This document shows, in pieces, positions 50,179 to 59,222 of a stretch of 64,000 bases of DNA. Within the stretch, counting starts at the first letter, position 1, and each line of letters starts with the position of its first letter. Under the pieces are notes generated by a model that saw nothing but the letters and a program-made list of their open reading frames with translations, made no database searches and was not told the DNA's origin. This DNA comes from Candidatus Bathyarchaeia archaeon. Lineage in GTDB: Archaea; Thermoproteota; Bathyarchaeia; Bathyarchaeales; Bathycorpusculaceae. The stretch spans positions 19,498-83,497 of the forward strand of contig JBEKBM010000012.1 of assembly GCA_050015395.1 (NCBI GenBank). Direction: 5' to 3'. The translations under genes were made by a program, and so were the position numbers.

Positions 50179-50483
50179 TTGAAGATGTTATGGATATGAA
50201 AGTCAAGGAGAAAAAAGATTGCAGAGCTTTACAGCCCCGTTCTGGATGAGAACTGGCTCAGCAGCCTCAGCGGTTTCCGCTTTCCTAAATCGAAGCTTTT
50301 CGATTAAGAAGCGGGCAAAAGCTGAAGGGATTTCATAAGTCGTAAAAACGCAGGATTAGCGGGTTATTATATGGTGATTTATATGAAAAGTGTGTGTACT
50401 GAATGTTCGTTGCAAAATGACCGTAGAGACGAAACGGAGTCAACGGTAGCGATCGTTCCCTTAGCGGAAAGGATAGTCTAGTT

Positions 50484-50774
50484 ATGAACCGATTATTAGC
50501 ATCTGTTAATATATTCGTGGAGCCGCCCCAAAAAGACCAAGTATTGACGGCTCTCGCAGAACTTACCAACATCGAAGAAATCTACGAGGTAGCCGGAGAA
50601 TACGACATAGTTTCATTAGTTTCTGCATCTTGCCTTGAAGAGTTCAGGGATGTCCTGCAGAAGAAAATAATGAAGATTAAAGGCATAAAGAGCACTATAA
50701 CAACGATAATTTTGCAACCTCACAAAGGACCAAGATGTTTAGCCGTAAAAGCTAATACTTCAGTAGCAAAATAG
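50484..50774 (+). CDS. Stand-alone Lrp/AsnC ligand-binding domain protein
   Basis: YEVAGEYDIV...IKGIKST; no HTH. Confidence 0.85.
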   Translation: MNRLLASVNIFVEPPQKDQVLTALAELTNIEEIYEVAGEYDIVSLVSASCLEEFRDVLQKKIMKIKGIKSTITTIILQPHKGPRCLAVKANTSVAK

Positions 50775-50830
50775 AAAGGAGTGGAAAGGAGCCATAGTGA
50801 GCACGAATGTTATCTGGAGTTTCGAAATAA

Positions 50831-52489
50831 TTGATCAATGCAGTTCAGGCGCTGACAGTCATCCTTATACTTGGAGTAACAATAGTTTTAGCGAAACTTA
50901 TAGCGCCCTATATTGTTGGAGTCTTTAAACGAAAACCAAGCCGTTTAGATAAAATACTAAATCCCATCGAGAACTTCATTTACAAAATCATCGGTGTAAA
51001 CACAGAACAGGTGATGGGTTGGAAGCAGTACTTCCTTTCGGGCTTGTTAGTAAACGTTGTTATGATGGTTATTGGTTTTCTAATCCTTGTCTTCCAAGGC
51101 AGCTTGCCCCTTAACCCCATGGGTTTTCCCGGTATACATCCGGACCTTGCCTTTATGCAGGTAGTCTCTTTCGTGACAAATACTGACCTGCAGCACTATA
51201 ACGGCGAAGCTGCTTTTTCTTATCTTAGTCAAATAGGCGTCCTCCAGTGGCTTCAATTTACCTCCGCAATCACAGGACTATGCATGGGAATCGCATTTAT
51301 CCGAGGATTAATCGTTGGCTCCAAAGACATGGGCAACTTCTACGTTGACTTCACTAGATCCATTACAAGAATTTTCCTGCCACTCTGCTTTGTAGCCTCA
51401 ATTATACTTCTCGCTTTGGGTGTACCCCAAACCCTCACCGGCTACACCACAGTAAAGACCATAGAAGGAGCCACACAATCAATTCTAGTCGGACCAGTCG
51501 CTTCTCTAGACGGCATAATGCAACTAGGCACAAACGGCGGCGGATTCTATGGTGCAAACGCTGCCTATCCCTTCATGAATCCTTCCCCCTACACGAACAT
51601 TATCATGATCTCTCTAATGCTTCTGCTTCCCACAGCGTTGCTCTTCGTTTTCGGAGAAATGATAGGCAAAAAAAGCGAATCCAGACCGCTTTTGTGGGGC
51701 GCTTACATTCTCTTCGGAATAAACCTATCCCTAGCATTTATTCCAGCTATCCCCTTGGTGGCTCCAGGGATTGAAACGAGGTTTGGCGGTTTCATGTCCA
51801 CTTTCTGGACCGTCACTACAACTGTTGCCACAACAGGGTCATTAAACTCCGCCTTAGCTGGAATGCATCCTCTGGCAATAACATCTGGTTTCATGGGCAT
51901 GTTCATTCAGTCAATCCCAGGCGGGAAAGGAGTAGGAATGATGTACATGGTAATGTTCGTAATAATTACCGTCTTCATCGTTGGGCTAATGTCTGGAAGG
52001 ACTCCTGAATACTTGGGAATCAAGATCACTGGCCGTGACGTAAAGCTTGTCATGGTGGCTTTCCTAATCCACCCCATTATCATACTAATACCCACAGTAA
52101 TCGCTTATGCTTCGGGCGCAGCGGCAGCCATTGGAGTCAGTGGAAACTCTGTGGGTTACACGCAAATCCTGTGGGAATTCACGTCAGCGGCGGCGAACAA
52201 CGGTTCCGATTTTCTAGGCGCCCAAGGAAACACCCCGTTCTTTAACATAGCTACCGCTATCGTCATGTTAATAGGACGCTTTGGTCCAATTGTAATCTTG
52301 CTTGCATTGTCAGGCTCTATGATTGGACGAAAACGAACCGGCACCACCTCGGGGCTCAAAACCGACAGCCTATTATTCACTATAGTTCTAGTCGGCAGCA
52401 TCCTTATACTCGTAGTATTAGCGTTCTTCCCGTTCTTGGCGCTGGGACCAATTTCATCATTCTTCGGGGGGTTAAAGAATGGCTTCTGA
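50831..52489 (+). CDS. kdpA: K+-transporting ATPase subunit A
   Basis: SFVTNTDLQHY, LGTNGGGFYGAN, GRTPEYLG, SAAANNGS. Confidence 0.96.
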   Translation: MINAVQALTVILILGVTIVLAKLIAPYIVGVFKRKPSRLDKILNPIENFIYKIIGVNTEQVMGWKQYFLSGLLVNVVMMVIGFLILVFQGSLPLNPMGFPGIHPDLAFMQVVSFVTNTDLQHYNGEAAFSYLSQIGVLQWLQFTSAITGLCMGIAFIRGLIVGSKDMGNFYVDFTRSITRIFLPLCFVASIILLALGVPQTLTGYTTVKTIEGATQSILVGPVASLDGIMQLGTNGGGFYGANAAYPFMNPSPYTNIIMISLMLLLPTALLFVFGEMIGKKSESRPLLWGAYILFGINLSLAFIPAIPLVAPGIETRFGGFMSTFWTVTTTVATTGSLNSALAGMHPLAITSGFMGMFIQSIPGGKGVGMMYMVMFVIITVFIVGLMSGRTPEYLGIKITGRDVKLVMVAFLIHPIIILIPTVIAYASGAAAAIGVSGNSVGYTQILWEFTSAAANNGSDFLGAQGNTPFFNIATAIVMLIGRFGPIVILLALSGSMIGRKRTGTTSGLKTDSLLFTIVLVGSILILVVLAFFPFLALGPISSFFGGLKNGF

Positions 52490-54662
52490 TAATAAGAAAA
52501 CTTTAGCGCCGACAAAAAGTAACGAATCCGCCTCTGGAGGAATGAGGTCAGCTTTCTCTAGAAAAGTGCTGGTCGATTCGGTAGTCCGTTTAAGCCCTAA
52601 ATCACTGCTCAAAAATCTAGTGATGCTGATCGTTGAAATCACGTTCTTTATTGTGGTAGCAATGGCTATCGTTCCACAGGCTTTCGGGCCGGTAGCCAGT
52701 TCCGGGCTGCGAGTCTTCTATGTTGAAGTCGCCGCAATTCTCATCATTACAGTTTGGTTCAGCACACTCTCCGATGCTCTTGCAGAGCAACAAGCAAAAA
52801 GCACAGCTGGCGCCTTACGGAAATTGGAAACAGAGGTGCCCGCAAAAAAAATTGTAACAGAAGAATGGACGAGAAAGATAGTTGCCGTAAAATCGACTGA
52901 ACTCCGAAAAGATGATCTTATCCTTATCGAAAAAGGCGACATCGTTCCCCTAGACGCTGATATACTTGAAGGAATTGCCATGGTTGACGAGTCGCTTGTC
53001 ACGGGTGAATCAGCCCCAGTTCGGAAGGCGCCTGGAGACTCGCTTATCGGTGGATCGCGAGTGGTTAGCGACACTCTAACTGCAAAAGTAACGACGAACC
53101 CTGGAGAGACCTTCATCGACCAAATGATAAAGATGGTTGAATCGGCTAAGAGGCCAAAGACGCCCAACGAAGTTGCAATAACCATTGTGCTGATTGGATT
53201 GACCGCCATCTTCACCATTATAATAGTTGCTTTGCTAGGCATGTCGATCACGCTGGGTCTGGACGCTGACCTCTCCGTGCTAATCGCACTCTACGTTTGC
53301 CTCCTCCCCACAACCATAGGAGCTCTGCTTCCAGCAATCGGACTTTCCGGAATGTCCAGACTATACAAGAGTAAAATAATTGCAAAGTCCGGTAAAGCTA
53401 TAGAAACCGCTGGCGACGCAGACGTCGTTCTCCTCGACAAGACAGGCACCATTACGGTGGGCAACAGGCAAGCTATAAAGTTCGTACCATTGGAAGGATT
53501 TACAGAAGAAGAAGTAGGGGAAGCAGCATTCCTTTCTTCATGGCATGATGATACTCCAGAAGGACGCAGCATACTCAGGCTCGCATATGAGAAAGGTTTC
53601 ATACCAAAAGAACTGAACTCTCTCGCACTTTCAGAAACTTACCCGTTCTCAGCCAGCACCCGCACGAGCGGAGTGAAAATAACTCACATGGGCTTAACGC
53701 TTCCAAAAGGTGACAAATCAGGACGAGACCGACTGAGAATCAGAAGAAAATCCTCAACAGTATCCGAACCAGGCGTTGCCTCAAGAATCGAACCTGAAAT
53801 TGAAATCGTCAAAGGCGCTCCAGAAGCCATCAAAAAAATTGTAGCTTCCGTCCCTCCAAACTATGACCTCATCATAGAAGGAATATCTGCAGAGGGCGAA
53901 ACACCTATAGCCATCGCAAGAAACCGCGAAGCCATCGGAATAATCAGACTGAAAGACGTCCTCAAAGAAGGCATAAAAGAAAAAATTCACGATCTTAAAG
54001 TCATGGGAATACGCCCAGTCATGATAACTGGAGACCAACCACTTACTGCAAAAAGTATTGCATCAGAGGTTGGAATCGACGAGTATGTGGCGCAGGCCAA
54101 GCCCGAGGACAAGTACAACATCGCCAAGAAGGAGCAAGCTGAAGGCAGAATTGTCGCAATGATTGGCGATGGAACTAATGATGCCCCAGCACTTTCTGCT
54201 GCAGATGTAGGTTTGGCTATGAACTCTGGCACAGAAGCTGCTAAGGAGGCAGCAAACATGGTTGACCTTGAATCAAATCCCGCAAAAATAATTGATGTCG
54301 TCATGCTTGGCAAGCAACTATTAATGACCCGAGGCGCCGTCACCGCTTTTAGCATAGCTAACGATGTAGCTAAGTACTTTGCAATCATGCCTGTTCTGTT
54401 TGCCGCTGCTATACCTCAACTGGCAGCTTTGAACATTCTGCACCTTGGCTTGAAAAGTGCAGTCTTGTCCGCTTTAATATTCAACGCTATTATCATACCG
54501 CTTTTGATTCCTCTTGCCATGCGCGGAATCGCATTTAAACCCACCAGCACCATGACGCTTTTCCTCAAGAACACCTTAATCTACGGGGTAGGCGGCGTCA
54601 TCGTGCCATTCGTAGGAATCAAACTGATAGATCTGCTCCTTGTGGGAGTATTTCACGTTTAG
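52479..54662 (+). CDS. kdpB: K+-transporting ATPase subunit B
   Basis: TGESAPV, KTPNE, DKTGTIT, GDGTNDAPAL, SIANDVAKYF. Confidence 0.96.
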   Translation: MASDNKKTLAPTKSNESASGGMRSAFSRKVLVDSVVRLSPKSLLKNLVMLIVEITFFIVVAMAIVPQAFGPVASSGLRVFYVEVAAILIITVWFSTLSDALAEQQAKSTAGALRKLETEVPAKKIVTEEWTRKIVAVKSTELRKDDLILIEKGDIVPLDADILEGIAMVDESLVTGESAPVRKAPGDSLIGGSRVVSDTLTAKVTTNPGETFIDQMIKMVESAKRPKTPNEVAITIVLIGLTAIFTIIIVALLGMSITLGLDADLSVLIALYVCLLPTTIGALLPAIGLSGMSRLYKSKIIAKSGKAIETAGDADVVLLDKTGTITVGNRQAIKFVPLEGFTEEEVGEAAFLSSWHDDTPEGRSILRLAYEKGFIPKELNSLALSETYPFSASTRTSGVKITHMGLTLPKGDKSGRDRLRIRRKSSTVSEPGVASRIEPEIEIVKGAPEAIKKIVASVPPNYDLIIEGISAEGETPIAIARNREAIGIIRLKDVLKEGIKEKIHDLKVMGIRPVMITGDQPLTAKSIASEVGIDEYVAQAKPEDKYNIAKKEQAEGRIVAMIGDGTNDAPALSAADVGLAMNSGTEAAKEAANMVDLESNPAKIIDVVMLGKQLLMTRGAVTAFSIANDVAKYFAIMPVLFAAAIPQLAALNILHLGLKSAVLSALIFNAIIIPLLIPLAMRGIAFKPTSTMTLFLKNTLIYGVGGVIVPFVGIKLIDLLLVGVFHV

Positions 54663-54674
54663 GAAGCAATAACT

Positions 54675-55145
54675 ATGACAACTGAACAAAAAGAAAAATG
54701 GAACCTAAAGAACCTAAGACCGATTATAGGATTAGCAGTGGTTTCGCTGTTGATTTGCGGACTATTTTTCCCACTATTAATCACGGGTATAGGCCAAGTT
54801 TTCTTTCCCTACCAAGCGAACGGCGAAATCGTCCAGCTCAACGGGCAAGCTGTCGGATCAAATCTTATAGCTCAAAACTTCACCTTGCCCATTTTCTTCC
54901 AGGAAAGAAACGAGTCACAGTCAGCGTCAGGCGTGGACCCTGACATTACGCTTCAGCAAGCATATTCACAGATACCCCGAATAAGCAATGCAACCGGGAT
55001 TCCTGTCGATTCGTTAACAAATATAGTGAACCAGAATCAGGAGGGAACGCTTTGGATCTTTGGCAGCCCATACGTAAACGTCTTGCGAATCAATCTGGTG
55101 CTCATAAAAGAATATCCTGCCATCTATAGCGGATTTTCGGGATAA
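54675..55145 (+). CDS. kdpC: K+-transporting ATPase subunit C (short form)
   Basis: FPYQANG, GSNLIAQ, SASGVDPDI, VNVLRINL. Confidence 0.92.
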   Translation: MTTEQKEKWNLKNLRPIIGLAVVSLLICGLFFPLLITGIGQVFFPYQANGEIVQLNGQAVGSNLIAQNFTLPIFFQERNESQSASGVDPDITLQQAYSQIPRISNATGIPVDSLTNIVNQNQEGTLWIFGSPYVNVLRINLVLIKEYPAIYSGFSG

Positions 55146-55343
55146 TAGTTAGCGTCTGATGAAGCATCTCGACATAACCTGATGATATTTTCCAAAACGC
55201 CCACAGCAGTCTATTTTAAACAAATTTCCAGTCCTAAAGTATTTCATGATACAATTGTTGAGTAATAAATGGAATTGCTGTTTGTATGGCAAGATAAAGT
55301 ATAAATACATCGAACTCGTGTTCAATAAGGCAAGACGACCTGT

Positions 55344-55637
55344 ATGCCGAAACTACTTGCATTTGTGGACATATTTGTTGAATCTCCAGAGATGGATACC
55401 GTGTTAGCCTCGCTTGCCCAATTGGAACACCTCGAAGAATTATACGAAGTTACCGGCGAATTTGACATCGTAACTTTGGTTTCAGCTGCTGACATAGAAG
55501 AATTTCGAGACATCCTCAAGAACAAGATCATGAAAATAAAAGGTGTAAAAAGCACCGTAAGCTCGATTGTCCTTAAAGCTCACAAAGGACCAAAATGCAT
55601 CGAAGAAACCAACCTGCCAGCATCCGCACCTGTTTAA
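55344..55637 (+). CDS. Stand-alone Lrp/AsnC ligand-binding domain protein (paralogue of 50484)
   Basis: YEVTGEFDIV...EEFRD..KIMKIKG.KST...HKGP.C shared with 50484. Confidence 0.85.
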   Translation: MPKLLAFVDIFVESPEMDTVLASLAQLEHLEELYEVTGEFDIVTLVSAADIEEFRDILKNKIMKIKGVKSTVSSIVLKAHKGPKCIEETNLPASAPV

Positions 55638-55748
55638 TTTAGCAGTTTATTTTTTTGGGAACCATCACCTGTATCTTTCTTCTTGAAGTCACTACTTCTA
55701 AAAAAATCAAAAAAATGATTGAGGAACTTTCAGCTTCTGCATAAGAAG

Positions 55749-55985
55749 CTACATTGGTGACAGAACGATGGAAGTTTCGGTGCGGATTACGTTGGGATCT
55801 TTTTCGATTATTTTATAAACCACTTGGTTTATTTCTTCAAGCGCTGGGGCTTCTAAACCTATTATTGCGTCGTATCGGCCGAAGATGGCGTCGGCAATGA
55901 TGGTCTCTTTTACTTTTTCTTTTATTCTCTTAACGACTTCCAATGATGTGCCTGGTTTGGTGCTTAAGAGTATATAGGCTTTCAT
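55749..55985 (-). CDS. Stand-alone Lrp/AsnC ligand-binding domain protein
   Basis: AYILL...FGRYDAI...VIRTETSIV. Confidence 0.78.
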   Translation of the reverse strand: MKAYILLSTKPGTSLEVVKRIKEKVKETIIADAIFGRYDAIIGLEAPALEEINQVVYKIIEKDPNVIRTETSIVLSPM

Positions 55986-56098
55986 TTTTTTTTACCTCTT
56001 TGTGTTTTTCTTTTTCACTCGGTTTTTGTTTAAACGTAACACTATTTAATTTTATTGCATATAAATTTTCTGTTTTAATTTAGACGGCTGTCTAACTT

Positions 56099-56138
56099 TT
56101 ATGAAAAATTATGAACAAATCACAATTACATTTATATT
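56099..56138 (+). promoter_or_regulatory. Shared promoter/operator motif, copy 3
   Basis: TTATGAAAAATTATGAACAAAT-N10-TTTATAT. Confidence 0.7.
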
Positions 56139-56180
56139 TAGCTGGGCAATTAACTAAGTATAAAATAAAAAGGTGAAAAT

Positions 56181-56282
56181 ATGTTTGGAATAATAATTGA
56201 TGTAGCTTCAATAGCCACAATCATCGGTTCATTTGCCTTCATAGTGTACAGCATCAGGGTAGAACTCAAAACCAAAGTGTAA
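56181..56282 (+). CDS. 33-aa single-TM peptide (KdpF-like candidate)
   Basis: AGGTGA RBS; MFGIIIDVASIATIIGSFAFIVYSIRVELKTKV*. Confidence 0.6.
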   Translation: MFGIIIDVASIATIIGSFAFIVYSIRVELKTKV

Positions 56283-56523
56283 CACGAAAAACTTAGCTTA
56301 CATCCCTTAACAGTCTCTATATCAGTCATCCTAATGAAGACTCCAAAATACTTTCCAACGACCTTCAACTTTCATAAAAGCTAAATTACCGCTCCTTTCT
56401 CATTTAAAGAAACAAAAGAAAACATCTTCAAAGTGAAGCTCCACATATTCGTTCCTTGATCTTTTCTGCCTAATAGCCGCGCTATAGAAAGTGCCGCACA
56501 TTGCTTTTTTAAATTTAAGAAAG

Positions 56524-57510
56524 CTAATTTGCATCTTTAAAGAGTTTTGAGGCGTTTTCGCCCAGTATCATCTTTTTCTCTTCTTCGGTGATATTGAGTG
56601 CTTTTATGTTGGCGATGATCTTGGGTGTATCGCCCCAAGGGTAGTCGGTGCCAAAAAGCATGTGGGAAGAACCATAGAAGCTGTAAGCAAGATCCATGGC
56701 TGGTTTCCACATTCCTTCCGCAGTGTCAACATAAAACATTTTAAGGTATTCAATGGGCGTCTTTTTTAGCGGCGGAGGAGGAATACCATTCTTGCCCTGG
56801 CCCATCACGAAGCCGTTAATTCGCCCTGCCATTAGCGGAATAAGAGTTCCCAAATGGTGTGTTATTATTTTTAGGTCAGGATGTCTTTCCAAGATTCCGC
56901 TTCTGAAAATTCGAACCGTTGCAAGAGCAGTATCTATACCCCAACCCATCATCATGTTCATGTTGTACTCGTCATTCATCCAATCATAGATTGTCCTGAT
57001 GTTCGATGGATGAATCCACAATCCGCAACCAAGATGACTGACCTTGGCGTACAGTGGCTCAAACTCTGGCGAATCGAGCGATTTTCCCCGCACGTTTGAA
57101 AGCACTTGGACACCAAGCAATCCAAGGTCTTTCACTGATCTTTCAACTTCGTCAACAGCCTCTTCCACGTCAAGAAGAGAAACCGTTGCTATTCCCTTAA
57201 AACGCCCACGCGAATCCTCTGCAATCTTCGCAACGCCGTCATTGGCTGCTCTGTATATCCTGTTAAATTCCTGTACTGGAATGTTTGAGGGCAGATCATC
57301 TAGAGTTGGTTGAGGAAGAGACAGAATTTGTTTATCGATTCCGAACTTGTCCATCTGGCTTATTCGATAATCCAAGTCGGTTATTGCCTTTCCTCTCCCC
57401 GCCACAGAGAGATTATTTGAGGAAATCCAAGTTACGACCTCGGGAAAAGGCTTGGGTAGCGCGTCCAAGTAATCTTTGGGGTAAAAATGGTTGAAAACAT
57501 CAATGATCAA
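56524..57510 (-). CDS. Amidohydrolase-2 family protein (ACMSD-like decarboxylase fold)
   Basis: IDVFNH, WIHP, HHLG, FGTDYP. Confidence 0.87.
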   Translation of the reverse strand: MIIDVFNHFYPKDYLDALPKPFPEVVTWISSNNLSVAGRGKAITDLDYRISQMDKFGIDKQILSLPQPTLDDLPSNIPVQEFNRIYRAANDGVAKIAEDSRGRFKGIATVSLLDVEEAVDEVERSVKDLGLLGVQVLSNVRGKSLDSPEFEPLYAKVSHLGCGLWIHPSNIRTIYDWMNDEYNMNMMMGWGIDTALATVRIFRSGILERHPDLKIITHHLGTLIPLMAGRINGFVMGQGKNGIPPPPLKKTPIEYLKMFYVDTAEGMWKPAMDLAYSFYGSSHMLFGTDYPWGDTPKIIANIKALNITEEEKKMILGENASKLFKDAN

Positions 57511-57700
57511 AAGCTTACATCTCGGCTAAAAGAAATAAGAACTGAACCAAAGATAAAAAGATAGTCTTTACCTGCCTAGTAGATAGTTTTTTAAGTGTAA
57601 GCCTATATCGACTGCGCTCGATATTTGGGCGAGCGCTAGCTCCAGGCTATTTTCAGTTTCGCCCCCTTCACCCAAAAGTCGGGAGTGCGGTTTTCTAAGC

Positions 57701-57964
57701 ATGGCAAATAAGCGAGGTAGAAGAAACCCTAAATCTCAAGAGATTCGCAATCAATGGCAAGCTGCTCGTCAGTTTGTTCAAGAACAAGCTTTCTTTGACG
57801 GGCTTAAAGGAGAGTCTGTTTGTCTGGCTACAGTTGATGATGTGGCTTTTCACTTAGCGTTAAAGTTTGGAGAGCCAGTCCCTGAGGCAGTCCCTAACGT
57901 GGAGCGCGGTTTGGTTCTTACTAATCAAAGGGGCGAAAGAGTGTTTCAGTTAATAGAATTATAA
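57701..57964 (+). CDS. Hypothetical protein (mobile element remnant)
   Basis: 87-aa ORF abutting the integrase fragment. Confidence 0.45.
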   Translation: MANKRGRRNPKSQEIRNQWQAARQFVQEQAFFDGLKGESVCLATVDDVAFHLALKFGEPVPEAVPNVERGLVLTNQRGERVFQLIEL

Positions 57965-57965
57965 A

Positions 57966-58322
57966 GAGGAACCCTTCGGGTGCAACCATATTCACTTCGC
58001 AAGAGCCTTCCGCAAACAAAGAAAAAATGTTGCCAACAAACTAAAGAACGACCACATACTCAAAATCCACTTTCACACCCTACGCCACTGGAAAGCAACA
58101 ACCGAATACGAAAAAACCAAAGGCATCCTGCACGTCATGAAAATCCTTGGCCACAAAACATCCAAAACACCCTTCCTATACACGCAACTCATCGCCTTCA
58201 AAAACGACGAATTCCACTCAGCCACCGCAAAAACCGTTGAGGATGCCCAGAAGCTAATCGCGGCAGGATTCGAATACGTATGTGAGTTTGGAGAAGTCAA
58301 AATCTTTAGGAGACGAAAATGA
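57966..58322 (+). pseudogene. Tyrosine recombinase/integrase C-terminal fragment
   Basis: KIHFHTLRHWKAT (HxxR), LGH...YTQL, AGFEYVCE; N-terminal domains absent. Confidence 0.85.
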
Positions 58323-58339
58323 TGACTGACATCGCCCTA

Positions 58340-58357
58340 GGGGCCGCTGGGAATTTG
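58340..58357 (-). repeat. Imperfect duplicate of the tRNA-Pro 3' end (att-like)
   Basis: CAAATTCCCAGCGGCCCC versus tRNA CAAATCCCAGCGGCCTC. Confidence 0.7.
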
Positions 58358-58434
58358 GTGAGGCCGCTGGGATTTGAACCCAGGATCGCATACGCCCCAG
58401 GCATGTATCCTAATCCAAGCTAGACGACGGCCCC
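58356..58434 (-). tRNA. tRNA-Pro(GGG), CCA encoded, no intron
   Basis: GGGGCCG acceptor, anticodon arm CATGC-CTGGGGC-GTATG, T-loop GGTTCAAATCC, 3' ACCA. Confidence 0.95.
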
Positions 58435-58763
58435 ATACAACAGACTAGGACCCTGGAGCGATGTAGAGGAAACTGCTCTGGGGTTTATTTCCTTTTCCTG
58501 CAATAGCTATACTCTGCCCATTTTTTGGGACCATTCGAATGCTAAAACAAGCAAACTAAGGGTTACTAATTTACGAGACAGATTTATGAAAAGAATCGCT
58601 TATTTGAGATTTCAACCCCACTTGCTTTTTACAGCTTATTGCAGAAATACCAATAAACAATACATCAAAATTAAAAATCATTACTAATGATTGACGGTAA
58701 TAATTAGAAATTCATAACGCTTTACTTTCTTTCTCGCGTTTTAGAATTAGTGACCCTACAAAA

Positions 58764-59222
58764 ATGGGTTCACAACCTATCTGTGACGAAAGAAAAGGCA
58801 GCCGCTGTGATGAACAATTGAATAGGAATGACGGACGTAAAAAATTCGAAATCGTTCTACTAGAGGCTGTGGATGAAGCCTTTTCAACTTTAGGAGAAAG
58901 CGTAAAAACGTCAATTTACTTTCACTTGGAGCACAAATTCATCATTCCCAAGCAAGATATTCCTTACAGGATAGATGATTTTTCAGATGCACTTGAACGA
59001 ATTTTCGGCGTGGCCGCCAAACATTTGGAGATACTGATCATGAAGAAGCTTCATGAAAAAATCACTTGCTTTTACGAGTGGGGCGGTCCAAGTTGGCTTG
59101 TTCCCGATTTTACGCTTAGGCAATATGTTGAGCTCTTGAGGCTATGCTATGAAGGTAAAGGGAAAACGGGAAAATTAGAGGTCTGGGTTAATGCAGAGGA
59201 AAAGCAAAAGCAACGCATTTAA
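58764..59222 (+). CDS. Conserved archaeal protein linked to two-component genes (DUF3227/NitrOD5-like)
   Basis: LLEAVDEAFSTLGES...IYFHLE...FSDALERIFG pattern; overlaps the kinase start. Confidence 0.6.
   Translation: MGSQPICDERKGSRCDEQLNRNDGRKKFEIVLLEAVDEAFSTLGESVKTSIYFHLEHKFIIPKQDIPYRIDDFSDALERIFGVAAKHLEILIMKKLHEKITCFYEWGGPSWLVPDFTLRQYVELLRLCYEGKGKTGKLEVWVNAEEKQKQRI

Noticed and set aside
50180-50483. c-di-AMP (ydaO) riboswitch upstream of kdp
   Set aside because: The expected GCTGAATCC, GGAGGAACC, TTTGGGG and CTAACTCC elements are not found in order
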